From sequence record MZ443771.1: a stretch of 64,000 nt of DNA; one strand, given 5' to 3'. A model generated the notes under the pieces. The model saw only the letters and a list, made by a program, of their open reading frames with translations, ran no database searches and was not told the DNA's origin. This document shows, piece after piece, positions 54,795 to 63,528 of the stretch. A program made the translations under genes and the position numbers. Within the stretch, counting starts at the first letter, position 1, and each line of letters starts with the position of its first letter.

Positions 54795-55135
54795 CTTAAA
54801 ACTCCAATAGGCTCTCAGTCGAAAACTTATTGGAGTCCACCCTGACAAGATGACGGTCCTGTCAAGGTTTTCTCCCCGTGCTATTCAATGCACCAGCACG
54901 GTAGCGCTCGCGGTCTTACGCCCTTTGTGGCAGCGAACATTTCGGCAGGTAGCGTGGTTCGCAGCCCTAGGCAGCCGCTTTCGGCCATTAGCGATAACGC
55001 GGTGTTACGCTACTTGGCCTAGGGTGACTCTGGGCCGAGTCTGTACAAAAAAGAGTTCGGCCTATCCCCAAATTCGGCAAAAGAAATAAGCCGAACTAAA
55101 CAGTCAGCGCAAACTCCGTATGCACTGTTTTGTAC
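54795..55135 (-). ncRNA. Putative structured non-coding RNA (or structured ssDNA element), about 340 nt
   Basis: Gene-free gap with at least 8 stem-loops; CTAATTTA at 55141-55148 upstream and a terminator-like final hairpin; strand inferred only from the promoter motif. Confidence 0.55.
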
Positions 55136-55175
55136 TGTCATAAATTAGAAACATCCTGTAATATTCAGACAATTC

Positions 55176-55763
55176 TTAGTTCAACATTGGCGTTAGATTT
55201 TCTAAGAAGTGTTTGCGATCAAACGACGAAATTCGGTGAGGATGATCGACGTGCATGTTCCAGCCTTTGTTGAACAGCAGGATATTGCGCGGCAACGATA
55301 CGACCGTACCAACACGGGTGAACGAATCACGCACGGCAGTTACTGGATTGTCATCGACGAGAATCCAAGTACCTTCACCGTAAAGCTCGTTCAGGAAATC
55401 AATCTTGTTCGGATGCTCACGGCTATCGAGGCAGTGAATGTGATCGAACAATGAGAGATGCTTGGACAGAGACTTGCGTGTGTAGCGTTCACCTTTTTCG
55501 TGATAGCCACGATGCGTACAAATGCCAGCACTGAATCCATCACGCACCAGCATCGCTACTGTCTGGATGAAGTAGTCACGCATGTTGGCTTTGAGCATGA
55601 AGCTACCATCAGCCAGCATATCGACAAACGGTTGCTTGCCGTTCTCTGGAGTGATGTACGTGTCGGTGCCTGGGTAGATTCCGAAGTTCATCAGATAACA
55701 CAACATGAAATTATGGGTATCGAATGCTGTGTCATCCATGTCAAAGAAAATGTGTTTGATCAT
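55176..55763 (-). CDS. HAD-superfamily phosphatase, 5'(3')-deoxyribonucleotidase-like
   Basis: IFFDMDDT (motif I), ICTHRG, K, ILVDDN (motif IV). Confidence 0.8.
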   Translation of the reverse strand: MIKHIFFDMDDTAFDTHNFMLCYLMNFGIYPGTDTYITPENGKQPFVDMLADGSFMLKANMRDYFIQTVAMLVRDGFSAGICTHRGYHEKGERYTRKSLSKHLSLFDHIHCLDSREHPNKIDFLNELYGEGTWILVDDNPVTAVRDSFTRVGTVVSLPRNILLFNKGWNMHVDHPHRISSFDRKHFLENLTPMLN

Positions 55764-56095
55764 TAATGCCTCGTGCTATTGCACACAAAAGGAATGTTGT
55801 TGATATGTCCGAGATTCAGATCGCGGTTACAGTATTGCAGGCGCATCTCGTCTGCGTTGGCGACAGCCATAATCTCATCGAAGGGATCGATGCGGAACAC
55901 AGGCCACTCAAGCAGCTCGGTGTTGCTATCATCCGTTTCATCAATGAAGTAGGCACCAAGCATCCACTTAGTGCCTACGCTGTCTTGTACGAGGTGACCG
56001 ATGATGCACTCTCCGTCCTGAACCACAAGATGAAGAGGATGATCTAAGCAAAGTTCTTCCTCGTCAAAATCAAAATGGAAATCATCATCGTTCAT
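55763..56095 (-). CDS. Acidic hypothetical protein
   Basis: 110 aa, coupled. Confidence 0.6.
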   Translation of the reverse strand: MNDDDFHFDFDEEELCLDHPLHLVVQDGECIIGHLVQDSVGTKWMLGAYFIDETDDSNTELLEWPVFRIDPFDEIMAVANADEMRLQYCNRDLNLGHINNIPFVCNSTRH

Positions 56096-56097
56096 AA

Positions 56098-56670
56098 CTA
56101 TGCCCTCAGATCAACCAAAATAGATGCAGCCAAATCTCGGAGCATATCACGACCAAGAGAAGTATACATCGTTTGTGCTACGACTATGCGCTCTAAGAAC
56201 AGGCGAGAACTGATAACGTCCTGACCTGTCTTCTGGCGAACGAACTCGATGATTGAAGATGGCGGTTGAATGAGGAACGTGAGTATCTCGGCATCGTGCA
56301 GTACATTACCCATCTCAGTAACAGGTTGCATCTCTGTTTCCTGATCAAGGATGTACGCGATGACTCGGTCCTCATTACCTATATTGCGGTGTAACTTAAA
56401 GAACTTTCTAACAGCACTCACGGTGTGCATAAAATCGTATTCCGGAGAAGTCGGCATACGAAGAAAGAGGGAAGCGAGCAACAGATTTATTTCTAACTGT
56501 GGGCCTTGCTCAATGTTCAACATGGCGTGAGAGGTAAGCACGACATGCAGCGAGAAGTCACGAGTGTAGAGCGGGTGAGAGGTCGCTGTCTGATCAAAGT
56601 AGTCAAGGGCGCGATACAACCCTTGACGCTTCAACAGGTGCTCTGCTTTGATACGATTGAGGCGGTGCAT
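56098..56670 (-). CDS. Degenerate HD-domain-like protein
   Basis: HPLYTRDFSLHV...LLLASLFLR...LHDAEIL echoes PYH..H...AALFHD...DAD with the metal ligands lost. Confidence 0.35.
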   Translation of the reverse strand: MHRLNRIKAEHLLKRQGLYRALDYFDQTATSHPLYTRDFSLHVVLTSHAMLNIEQGPQLEINLLLASLFLRMPTSPEYDFMHTVSAVRKFFKLHRNIGNEDRVIAYILDQETEMQPVTEMGNVLHDAEILTFLIQPPSSIIEFVRQKTGQDVISSRLFLERIVVAQTMYTSLGRDMLRDLAASILVDLRA

Positions 56671-57644
56671 TACTCTGCGCCACGAATCTCTTTCAGGCTG
56701 TTCTTGATTGCCTTACGCAATGTCTTGCCTGTGTCAATGCCGTCGATGTGACGAGCGAACACATTGGCAAACAGCGTAGTCGGGTTTTTCATGATCGCTT
56801 TATCGAGGTCAGGACGACCCTCAGCAATCTGCATTTCCCCAGGCCACAGTTCAGCAACAGCAGCGCTATCGTTCGCAGCAATCAGCTCCAGCTCTCGGAC
56901 CGAGATACTGTTTTGGCGAGCGATGTTGCGGAAGATAACATCGACGAATGGCAGCAGGTCTTCGGACACAACGTTCTTCACGTCTTTCGCGTCACCAGCT
57001 CGTTGGAAATCTTCAAGCAGACCTTCAAGATGCGTTTGCGTGATCTTCTGGACGTTACGCAGTTTCTTAAACAGCATCATCCATCTGACCTTGCGCTTCG
57101 AACTCAGGAGATGAGTCCAGACGCTTTCACCGAGTGCAATCATCAGTCGGTTATAAACGTCAACGCTAACGCAGTCACGATCAACAAAGACCGTGATCTC
57201 GTCTTGCCATTCGTCTTTCTTAAACTTGCTGCGGAACGCGTGTGTCTTCGAACCTGACTGCTGGACAAAGTTGATACGCGCACAACGACGCAGCGCCTCT
57301 TGCAGATGATACTTCGCAACGATCTTCGGAAGTTTCTTTAGACCGATGCGACAGGCTTTAGCCACTTCTGCTTCACGCCCATAGAGCGAGAGTCGAGGCA
57401 GTCCACCGATAACAGGCATTGATGCGTACGGTCTGACTGTCACACCACACACTGACATTCCCGGCTCAGGGTCTGATCCAAGAATTGCGAGCACGTCACC
57501 AGCTTTGGGGCTGAACTTAATTGTCTCAGGGTCTGACGAACCGAGAGTGTTAGCGAGAATGCCAACAGTGTTTCCGGTTGCCAGAACGAGATGGTTTTTA
57601 TTTCCCTGCCTTACGACAAGGTAATCATTTTCACTGTGTTTCAT
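56670..57644 (-). CDS. Hypothetical protein
   Basis: 324 aa, coupled. Confidence 0.65.
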   Translation of the reverse strand: MKHSENDYLVVRQGNKNHLVLATGNTVGILANTLGSSDPETIKFSPKAGDVLAILGSDPEPGMSVCGVTVRPYASMPVIGGLPRLSLYGREAEVAKACRIGLKKLPKIVAKYHLQEALRRCARINFVQQSGSKTHAFRSKFKKDEWQDEITVFVDRDCVSVDVYNRLMIALGESVWTHLLSSKRKVRWMMLFKKLRNVQKITQTHLEGLLEDFQRAGDAKDVKNVVSEDLLPFVDVIFRNIARQNSISVRELELIAANDSAAVAELWPGEMQIAEGRPDLDKAIMKNPTTLFANVFARHIDGIDTGKTLRKAIKNSLKEIRGAE

Positions 57645-57650
57645 AACGGC

Positions 57651-58169
57651 CTATTCTGCAATTGGTTCAGAGTAATGAACATGAACTTCCGCAGTACGTT
57701 CACGACGAATGCGACCGAAGGTTTGCTCAGTAGTAGCTGGTGCCCAATTCATGGACGCCTCTACTGACACAAGCACCTGCTCATCCCACATGTCACCGTC
57801 TTCGAGATAGTCGGCAATCATGTTCAACGCAACAGGACGGTCGAGACCCAGATGCGCAAGATCAGCGATAACGAGTCTTGGCTTGGTACCGTCTTTCATT
57901 TCGTCGAGTTCGTATTGCAACTCGGACAGGGTACTGACTTGTCGAGCATCTGCGCCCGTCATGCCTTTGTACTCATCTTGTCCGAAATAAGCAATATCAA
58001 AATCAGGAATGTCGGTATGCGACAAAAAGAAATGAGGTGCGTCCACCAGAATAGAAGGTGAGGCGCACATCTGGAGCAAACCCATATACGGATGTTTAGT
58101 CTCATGGGCAGCTACCGAACAAGACGTCCCAGCAAGAGATTGACAAATGCTGTGTGCGAGATTATTCAT
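57651..58169 (-). CDS. Hypothetical protein
   Basis: 172 aa with GAGG RBS. Confidence 0.65.
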   Translation of the reverse strand: MNNLAHSICQSLAGTSCSVAAHETKHPYMGLLQMCASPSILVDAPHFFLSHTDIPDFDIAYFGQDEYKGMTGADARQVSTLSELQYELDEMKDGTKPRLVIADLAHLGLDRPVALNMIADYLEDGDMWDEQVLVSVEASMNWAPATTEQTFGRIRRERTAEVHVHYSEPIAE

Positions 58170-58207
58170 AGTAACCTCAATTCTCAGGAGTAGGTTATCG
58201 CAGCGAG

Positions 58208-58867
58208 CTACGAGGAGAAGTGTATGAACATTTGAACAGGTCGCGCATACGGATTATGGATAGTGCGGAGCAGTTGCTCGAAATGCACATCACGGCCACG
58301 CAGGTAATTGCAGTTATCGAAAATGATCAAACTGTACGGCTGTGTGTTCTTCACAACGTATCGCTTGTCTGTGGCGAGCCGAGGCTTTATCTCAAAGCTC
58401 TCTTTGATCTGCTGGCACATGCGACCATAACCAGAGCTATCGCTGTAGACGAACGCATCGCACTTAGTGGGGCGAACATCAAACAGATCAGGCTCTCTCG
58501 TACCGATATACAGGCATCGGGCTTCTGGATTCTTTTCCATGAAGTCCATGAGCAGCCACTGCGCAAAAACAGTAGCGCCGCTGCGTTGAGGCAGATGGAA
58601 ACCAACAGTGTTGTAATCACGGAGGATTTCGTATGACACTTCTACCTTTGAAGCAGCCTCAGCGATTTGCTCTGCTGTCGGTATGACACGGCGTCGGGCA
58701 TACTCTTCGGCAGAGATTTTACCAAACGCGTAGTCGTCATCAACTTCGGAATTAAGTTTGTAGTTAGCGCTGGCGAGAGCAGAATGCTGGACGGAATCGA
58801 ATGCGCGTTTACGCACGGACTCGACTAACGTGAGCATTGCTTGCTGTTCGGCATTAAGTTCAAACAT
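58208..58867 (-). CDS. Hypothetical protein, possible degenerate P-loop fold
   Basis: LPQRSGAT (Walker-A-like, Lys replaced by Ala) and SLIIFDN (Walker-B-like). Confidence 0.45.
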   Translation of the reverse strand: MFELNAEQQAMLTLVESVRKRAFDSVQHSALASANYKLNSEVDDDYAFGKISAEEYARRRVIPTAEQIAEAASKVEVSYEILRDYNTVGFHLPQRSGATVFAQWLLMDFMEKNPEARCLYIGTREPDLFDVRPTKCDAFVYSDSSGYGRMCQQIKESFEIKPRLATDKRYVVKNTQPYSLIIFDNCNYLRGRDVHFEQLLRTIHNPYARPVQMFIHFSS

Positions 58868-58876
58868 AATGGTTCC

Positions 58877-59089
58877 TTATTTATCAAGGGTTGGTGGAGA
58901 CGGTCTTTTCACCATACTCGTTTTATCGACATAGTGAAAGCCAAAGGCATTCGCCTTGTACTGCTGACGCGCTTTACTATCGCGGTGCTTTTTCAAATTA
59001 GCCTCACGATCCATATCGTCAAAGATACCCGTTCGACGATGGTACTTAAAATCAGGGTGTACTGAGATATGTTTGACGATAGCGGTCAT
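58877..59089 (-). CDS. Hypothetical protein
   Basis: 70 aa with GAGG RBS. Confidence 0.55.
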   Translation of the reverse strand: MTAIVKHISVHPDFKYHRRTGIFDDMDREANLKKHRDSKARQQYKANAFGFHYVDKTSMVKRPSPPTLDK

Positions 59090-59099
59090 AGGTTATTCC

Positions 59100-59627
59100 T
59101 CAATCAGGTTTTTCAAGTTGCCTCTGGATCTCCCACGATATGAACTCACCAAAAGAATTGAAACCATCTTTAGCAAGCTCGGCATCGTAGTCATCCATAT
59201 CCGAGCCATTAGAAAAATACTCATCGAAATGATGATCATAGTTCTGTAACGTCGGGCGTCTCAACGGATGACCTTTAGGCAACACATCGCACAGGTAGCA
59301 GCAAACCAAAAACACGTCATAGGTTTTCAGCTTACGTTTAGCCGCGCACTGCTTTTGCATTTGGTCGTAGATAGCGAGATAGGTCTTCTCGTACTTTTTC
59401 TTTTTGTCGAAAAATCTGGTCAGCAACAGGTTAACGTATTTCGCATCAAGGGAGACATGCAGCAGGTGCTCAACAATACGTTGCCTATCGAACGCAGTCA
59501 GCTTATCCAGATTAGGTTTTTCCCTCATGTACTCTTTATAGCCTGATGTGTCTCGCAACACTGTCTCAAGTTTCGCAGCAATGCGGATGCACCTATCTAC
59601 ATTGGGCTGCTTCAACTTTGGCATCAA
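59100..59627 (-). CDS. Hypothetical protein
   Basis: 175 aa, coupled. Confidence 0.6.
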   Translation of the reverse strand: MMPKLKQPNVDRCIRIAAKLETVLRDTSGYKEYMREKPNLDKLTAFDRQRIVEHLLHVSLDAKYVNLLLTRFFDKKKKYEKTYLAIYDQMQKQCAAKRKLKTYDVFLVCCYLCDVLPKGHPLRRPTLQNYDHHFDEYFSNGSDMDDYDAELAKDGFNSFGEFISWEIQRQLEKPD

Positions 59628-61273
59628 TCATCTCCCATAAAATCGAGGGTATCAGAGAATTTCTTAATGACGAATCTCGCCTTCGCTGATTGAACGTCAC
59701 CCTTAGATTTCAACAGGGCACCGTCGTGTTCGAGCGAGTAGACGATCTCAACATTACCGTTTAGAATCGCTTCAAACAAATGATTCGACTCTATGCCAGA
59801 TATGCAATGACTCATGGTTCTTCGTCGTACCTTGCGCGACGAAATACATTGGTCACGTTCGAGAACATACTTGGCCCCAGTCTCACACGTCAGCATCATC
59901 CCTTCGGATGTGTAGCGAAAACGCTTCGAGTAAATTTCACATAGCTGCTGGAGCGCACTGATAAAGTGGCGGCAGTCTATGTTCCACGACTCAACGAAGT
60001 CATACACCTCACTAAGATTTTTGAAGTGAGGGCGAAGCGCCATAACAGCACTAGACTTCGGACTTTTCGCTAACGTGTCCGCGCTAAACAGCGTACCGTA
60101 GAAACAGATTTTCACCAGCTTCTTCGACAGTCGCATGTTGTTCGGGTTAGCTTTCTGGAGCTTGTCTACAATGTCATTTACAGTATGCACATCGTCAAGG
60201 AAAGGACATTCGATGCCGTTGTCTGCAAACTCTTTACGGATGATGTTGAGCTGGCTGCTCTCCATATCCCAGTTTTCACCGACAACGCTACACGCTTGTT
60301 TAAGAACAGCAGGGAAGGATTGGAAACCACCACCCTGCTCAAACAGACGACCACCAACTCGCGCAATAGTGTATGCTGGGTAGTATCTGATTATCAGAGG
60401 TTCTTCGGACACAATCTGAATTGGCCCTGACAGAATAGCCTGTAGACAGCTCATCACCTGATGATATTGCTTGAGGGCTTTTCTCGTTCCCCTGAAACTC
60501 TTAACAGTCAAATAGTCCAAGATAGGGTCAATAGCAATTTCATTCGGCCCTATCTTTTTCAACACAGCGGTGTATAGCTTACGCGCAGCACGATCTCGAT
60601 TAGAGTTCAGACCGTATCGCGCATTTCCGCCTGACAGATCGTGCTTACGAGGCTTGAATGGTTTGTTAGCACTCGCGCTTATCATCTCAAGGATAGTTTG
60701 CCCGAACCTCTCTTGCACCGCTTTGAGCGGACTATAGAGTCGGGTGAGTTCGAGAATCTCTCGACTCGACTTAGGGCGATTAGGGTACATCGCGTCTAAG
60801 CACTTTCGCTTGATACGAAATTCACGACAACGCCCCGGACTTGTCGGCGTCTTCTTACGATAACGCTTATAGTCCATGACATTTGCGATTAGCCACTCAA
60901 GGGCCCTGCTGAAATGTTTCTCAGTTCGTTCCCACTTAGGCCCTACTGGACCGCGTAGAGTGTTTTCACATCCGAATACCATCGGAAGCTCTTTAACGCC
61001 GAGCTTTCTGCTAAACGGAACCCAGACGGCACCAAACTTCTCAAATTTCTTTCGTTTTGTCGGATATATCGACGATTGAAGCACATGCCAGAAAAATAAG
61101 TTAATCTGCCGTCGATATTCAGCCTCATGCTTTTCCGGTCCATCGTACGGGCATTTCTCAACGACGTTATCGCGTACCCACACAAGAGGTTCTAATTCCT
61201 GGTAGGTAGGGTTGCGCGTCAAGACGGCTTTGCCTTTTTTCATAAAAGAAGACATTCGGATCTCCTGAATCAC
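59624..61273 (-). CDS. Divergent family-A-polymerase-like protein without an exonuclease domain
   Basis: GGRL....GFQ, WDMESSQLNII (motif A-like), KLVKICFYGTLF (motif B-like) and SLEHDGALL (motif C-like), in the correct order. Confidence 0.55.
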   Translation of the reverse strand: MIQEIRMSSFMKKGKAVLTRNPTYQELEPLVWVRDNVVEKCPYDGPEKHEAEYRRQINLFFWHVLQSSIYPTKRKKFEKFGAVWVPFSRKLGVKELPMVFGCENTLRGPVGPKWERTEKHFSRALEWLIANVMDYKRYRKKTPTSPGRCREFRIKRKCLDAMYPNRPKSSREILELTRLYSPLKAVQERFGQTILEMISASANKPFKPRKHDLSGGNARYGLNSNRDRAARKLYTAVLKKIGPNEIAIDPILDYLTVKSFRGTRKALKQYHQVMSCLQAILSGPIQIVSEEPLIIRYYPAYTIARVGGRLFEQGGGFQSFPAVLKQACSVVGENWDMESSQLNIIRKEFADNGIECPFLDDVHTVNDIVDKLQKANPNNMRLSKKLVKICFYGTLFSADTLAKSPKSSAVMALRPHFKNLSEVYDFVESWNIDCRHFISALQQLCEIYSKRFRYTSEGMMLTCETGAKYVLERDQCISSRKVRRRTMSHCISGIESNHLFEAILNGNVEIVYSLEHDGALLKSKGDVQSAKARFVIKKFSDTLDFMGDD

Positions 61274-61297
61274 TTCTTTTCTTCGTTTTCTTCTTGT

Positions 61298-61306
61298 TGT
61301 TTACAG
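61298..61306 (-). promoter_or_regulatory. Putative replication-class promoter motif (CTGTAAACA)
   Basis: 25 nt upstream of 61273. Confidence 0.5.
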
Positions 61307-61649
61307 AAACCTCATGCGCTTGCATGGCGATACAAGGCAGGTAGAAGAACAAGCAACGCTGGGCGATCGAGCGGCGCGCTCAAGGCACGGGATATACACA
61401 TACAGCTAGGGGCTTTAGGCGCACTCCGTTTTTGAGATATCAAAAGGGTGAAACCATCGCTATATGCTGTATAACCCATGTCCTACACGCCCGTACATGC
61501 TCATAGGGACGATCTCAATTTTCAAAAAGATCTCCCCGAAACCATGTAAATTTTTTTAAATTTGGGTGAGATTTCTGTCCATTTTTTAACCAAACCACTA
61601 AAAACAGAGGAAAAACCCGAATAAAATCAAGGACTTTCCCCTTTTTCAG

Positions 61650-62309
61650 TTACTTTTTCTGCGAAACACGCTTCCCGAGCTTAACGCCGATTTGAGTCAT
61701 GATGCGTTTGACAGTCTCCCCGTCGTGCTCCGCCATTGCACTCGCTAAACGTTCGCCCTGTTCACGCGATAGCTCTGGCATAATCATTTTCAGCATCTGT
61801 GAGCGCATCTTAGCTGATTTAGAGCGTCCTTTCGAGACAGACACGCCTTCATTCACCTTGAGCGCATTGCTAATCGCTTTCTGCACACGACGATCACCGA
61901 AGATATCGCCGAATACGTCACCGAACAGGTCTTTGAACGACATACCGCCGCCCATGATATCGTCTTTCGTGAAACGAACTTGCTGTCCGAGAGCGTTTGT
62001 CTTCGTGCAGTGCGTGGATTCAACTTCGTTCGTTGTGCGTCCACCAGCACGGAAGTTCTCGTCAGGACGTGACGCTTTGCCTTCTGCGCCCGGCTTCGTG
62101 TTGCCATTACGCAGATCTGCATCACCTTCAACAGCTTTATCCGGGTCGAACATGTCGTCCGCTTTTGCGCTTTGATTCGCATCAAACGGAATCTTACCTG
62201 TCAGCTTGTTTGGGTCTGGCCAACTGTCCGGGATATCAGACGCAGGTTGTGGTTTGTTCGTCATATCACCGTTAGCTTCGCTGCTCAAGCTGATCTTAAT
62301 ACGTGCCAT
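61650..62309 (-). CDS. Hypothetical protein with tag-like N-terminus (RIKISLS)
   Basis: 219 aa; low-complexity N-terminal half and helical C-terminus; AGGAG RBS. Confidence 0.6.
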   Translation of the reverse strand: MARIKISLSSEANGDMTNKPQPASDIPDSWPDPNKLTGKIPFDANQSAKADDMFDPDKAVEGDADLRNGNTKPGAEGKASRPDENFRAGGRTTNEVESTHCTKTNALGQQVRFTKDDIMGGGMSFKDLFGDVFGDIFGDRRVQKAISNALKVNEGVSVSKGRSKSAKMRSQMLKMIMPELSREQGERLASAMAEHDGETVKRIMTQIGVKLGKRVSQKK

Positions 62310-62320
62310 TGTCTTTTCTC

Positions 62321-63430
62321 CTATCGGATCTTAAAGCCATTGAAAATGTTGTACGCAACTTCTTTGCGCTGTACGGGACGTGTGGTACACACCCATTCCC
62401 ATTGTTCGTTTCGTGCTGTGCGCTTCTTAGGCGCTTCCATAACTTTCAGCACATAGTTTTTGAACGGCAGAACGAGAATGTCTTCTGGTTCTAACGGACC
62501 TGAGCGAGCTGGCAGCACGACCGTGATGTTACCAACAGTCAGCTCCTGATCGTAGTTCAACACGTTCGCTTCTTCGCTGATGTTGCCCTTAACAGGCGGC
62601 ACACCCAAGTCGAAGACGAGCGTACAATGCGTGAATGCCTCAATGCCTTTCACACGCAGCGTAACGTGTTTGCCTCGCCACGGTTCAAGGTTTGCTGCTG
62701 TCAGTTCGACTTCAACGCCGTTCAGCACAAGCATAGGGCGTGGAAACGCAGGTAACATTGATTCGTTCAGACGTACCGAATATGTCGCCTGAGTAAAGTA
62801 TTTTGGGATAAGCTGATCGAAATCCACGTAACTGTCTTTGCGCTGCTGTCTGAAAGTTGCAGGGCTGGTGGATTGATCGAGCGTGTAGCCTGATGCGTTT
62901 TGAATGTGATGGTGAGTCACCACGTTGTAGATATAGCCTGTGCTAATAAACCCAGGCACAACGCCCTGCCGATAGCAGATGCCGCAGTTCGCAACGTTAC
63001 CACCATCCCACTTGACGTCGAACTCTTCGCCTGTGTCGATACCCATCAGGTCGGCAGCGTCCATTGCAGCGTTCATACCGTCGTCGATATCATCGAGGGT
63101 AACTACTTGGCGTCCACCACCAAACATACCTTTCGAGACAGTGCCGATCTTAACGCCGCCGTCCATAGAACTGGATTCGCGTCCGAGTGATTTGAGCGCA
63201 CCGTCTTGGTTATCGAAGATATCGTTTTCAACTTTGTTGCAGCTACAGGTGAGGCCCATCTTCGCCTTTTTAAAGATGACGATATCGGTGGCGTCCACCT
63301 CAAGGGCCTGTTCGACTTTCGACTTCACAACCTCTTGGATTGAGTTCAGGCGTTTCTGCACTCGCTCCGTTTCGTAGGTTTTGTGCCTGTCGTATTTATT
63401 TCGCTGTTTTCCGCGTTCGATCCAGCTCAT
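62321..63430 (-). CDS. Putative neck/virion protein with a CxC...CxxC zinc module
   Basis: GLTCSC...CGICYRQG; behind CTAATTTC at 63452-63459. Confidence 0.45.
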   Translation of the reverse strand: MSWIERGKQRNKYDRHKTYETERVQKRLNSIQEVVKSKVEQALEVDATDIVIFKKAKMGLTCSCNKVENDIFDNQDGALKSLGRESSSMDGGVKIGTVSKGMFGGGRQVVTLDDIDDGMNAAMDAADLMGIDTGEEFDVKWDGGNVANCGICYRQGVVPGFISTGYIYNVVTHHHIQNASGYTLDQSTSPATFRQQRKDSYVDFDQLIPKYFTQATYSVRLNESMLPAFPRPMLVLNGVEVELTAANLEPWRGKHVTLRVKGIEAFTHCTLVFDLGVPPVKGNISEEANVLNYDQELTVGNITVVLPARSGPLEPEDILVLPFKNYVLKVMEAPKKRTARNEQWEWVCTTRPVQRKEVAYNIFNGFKIR

Positions 63431-63528
63431 AATCTTCTCCTCTGTGTGGTTGAAATTAGTGACTAAAAATTTCTACCTTCGACCTAGTAAATACTTATTT
63501 ATACGCATGTCAAGACACGGAGCCTTTT

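Noticed and set aside
54795-55135. tmRNA, tRNA or group I intron identity for the structured element
   Set aside because: No acceptor stem with CCA end, cloverleaf, tag reading frame or recognisable P7 core, and it does not interrupt a gene.
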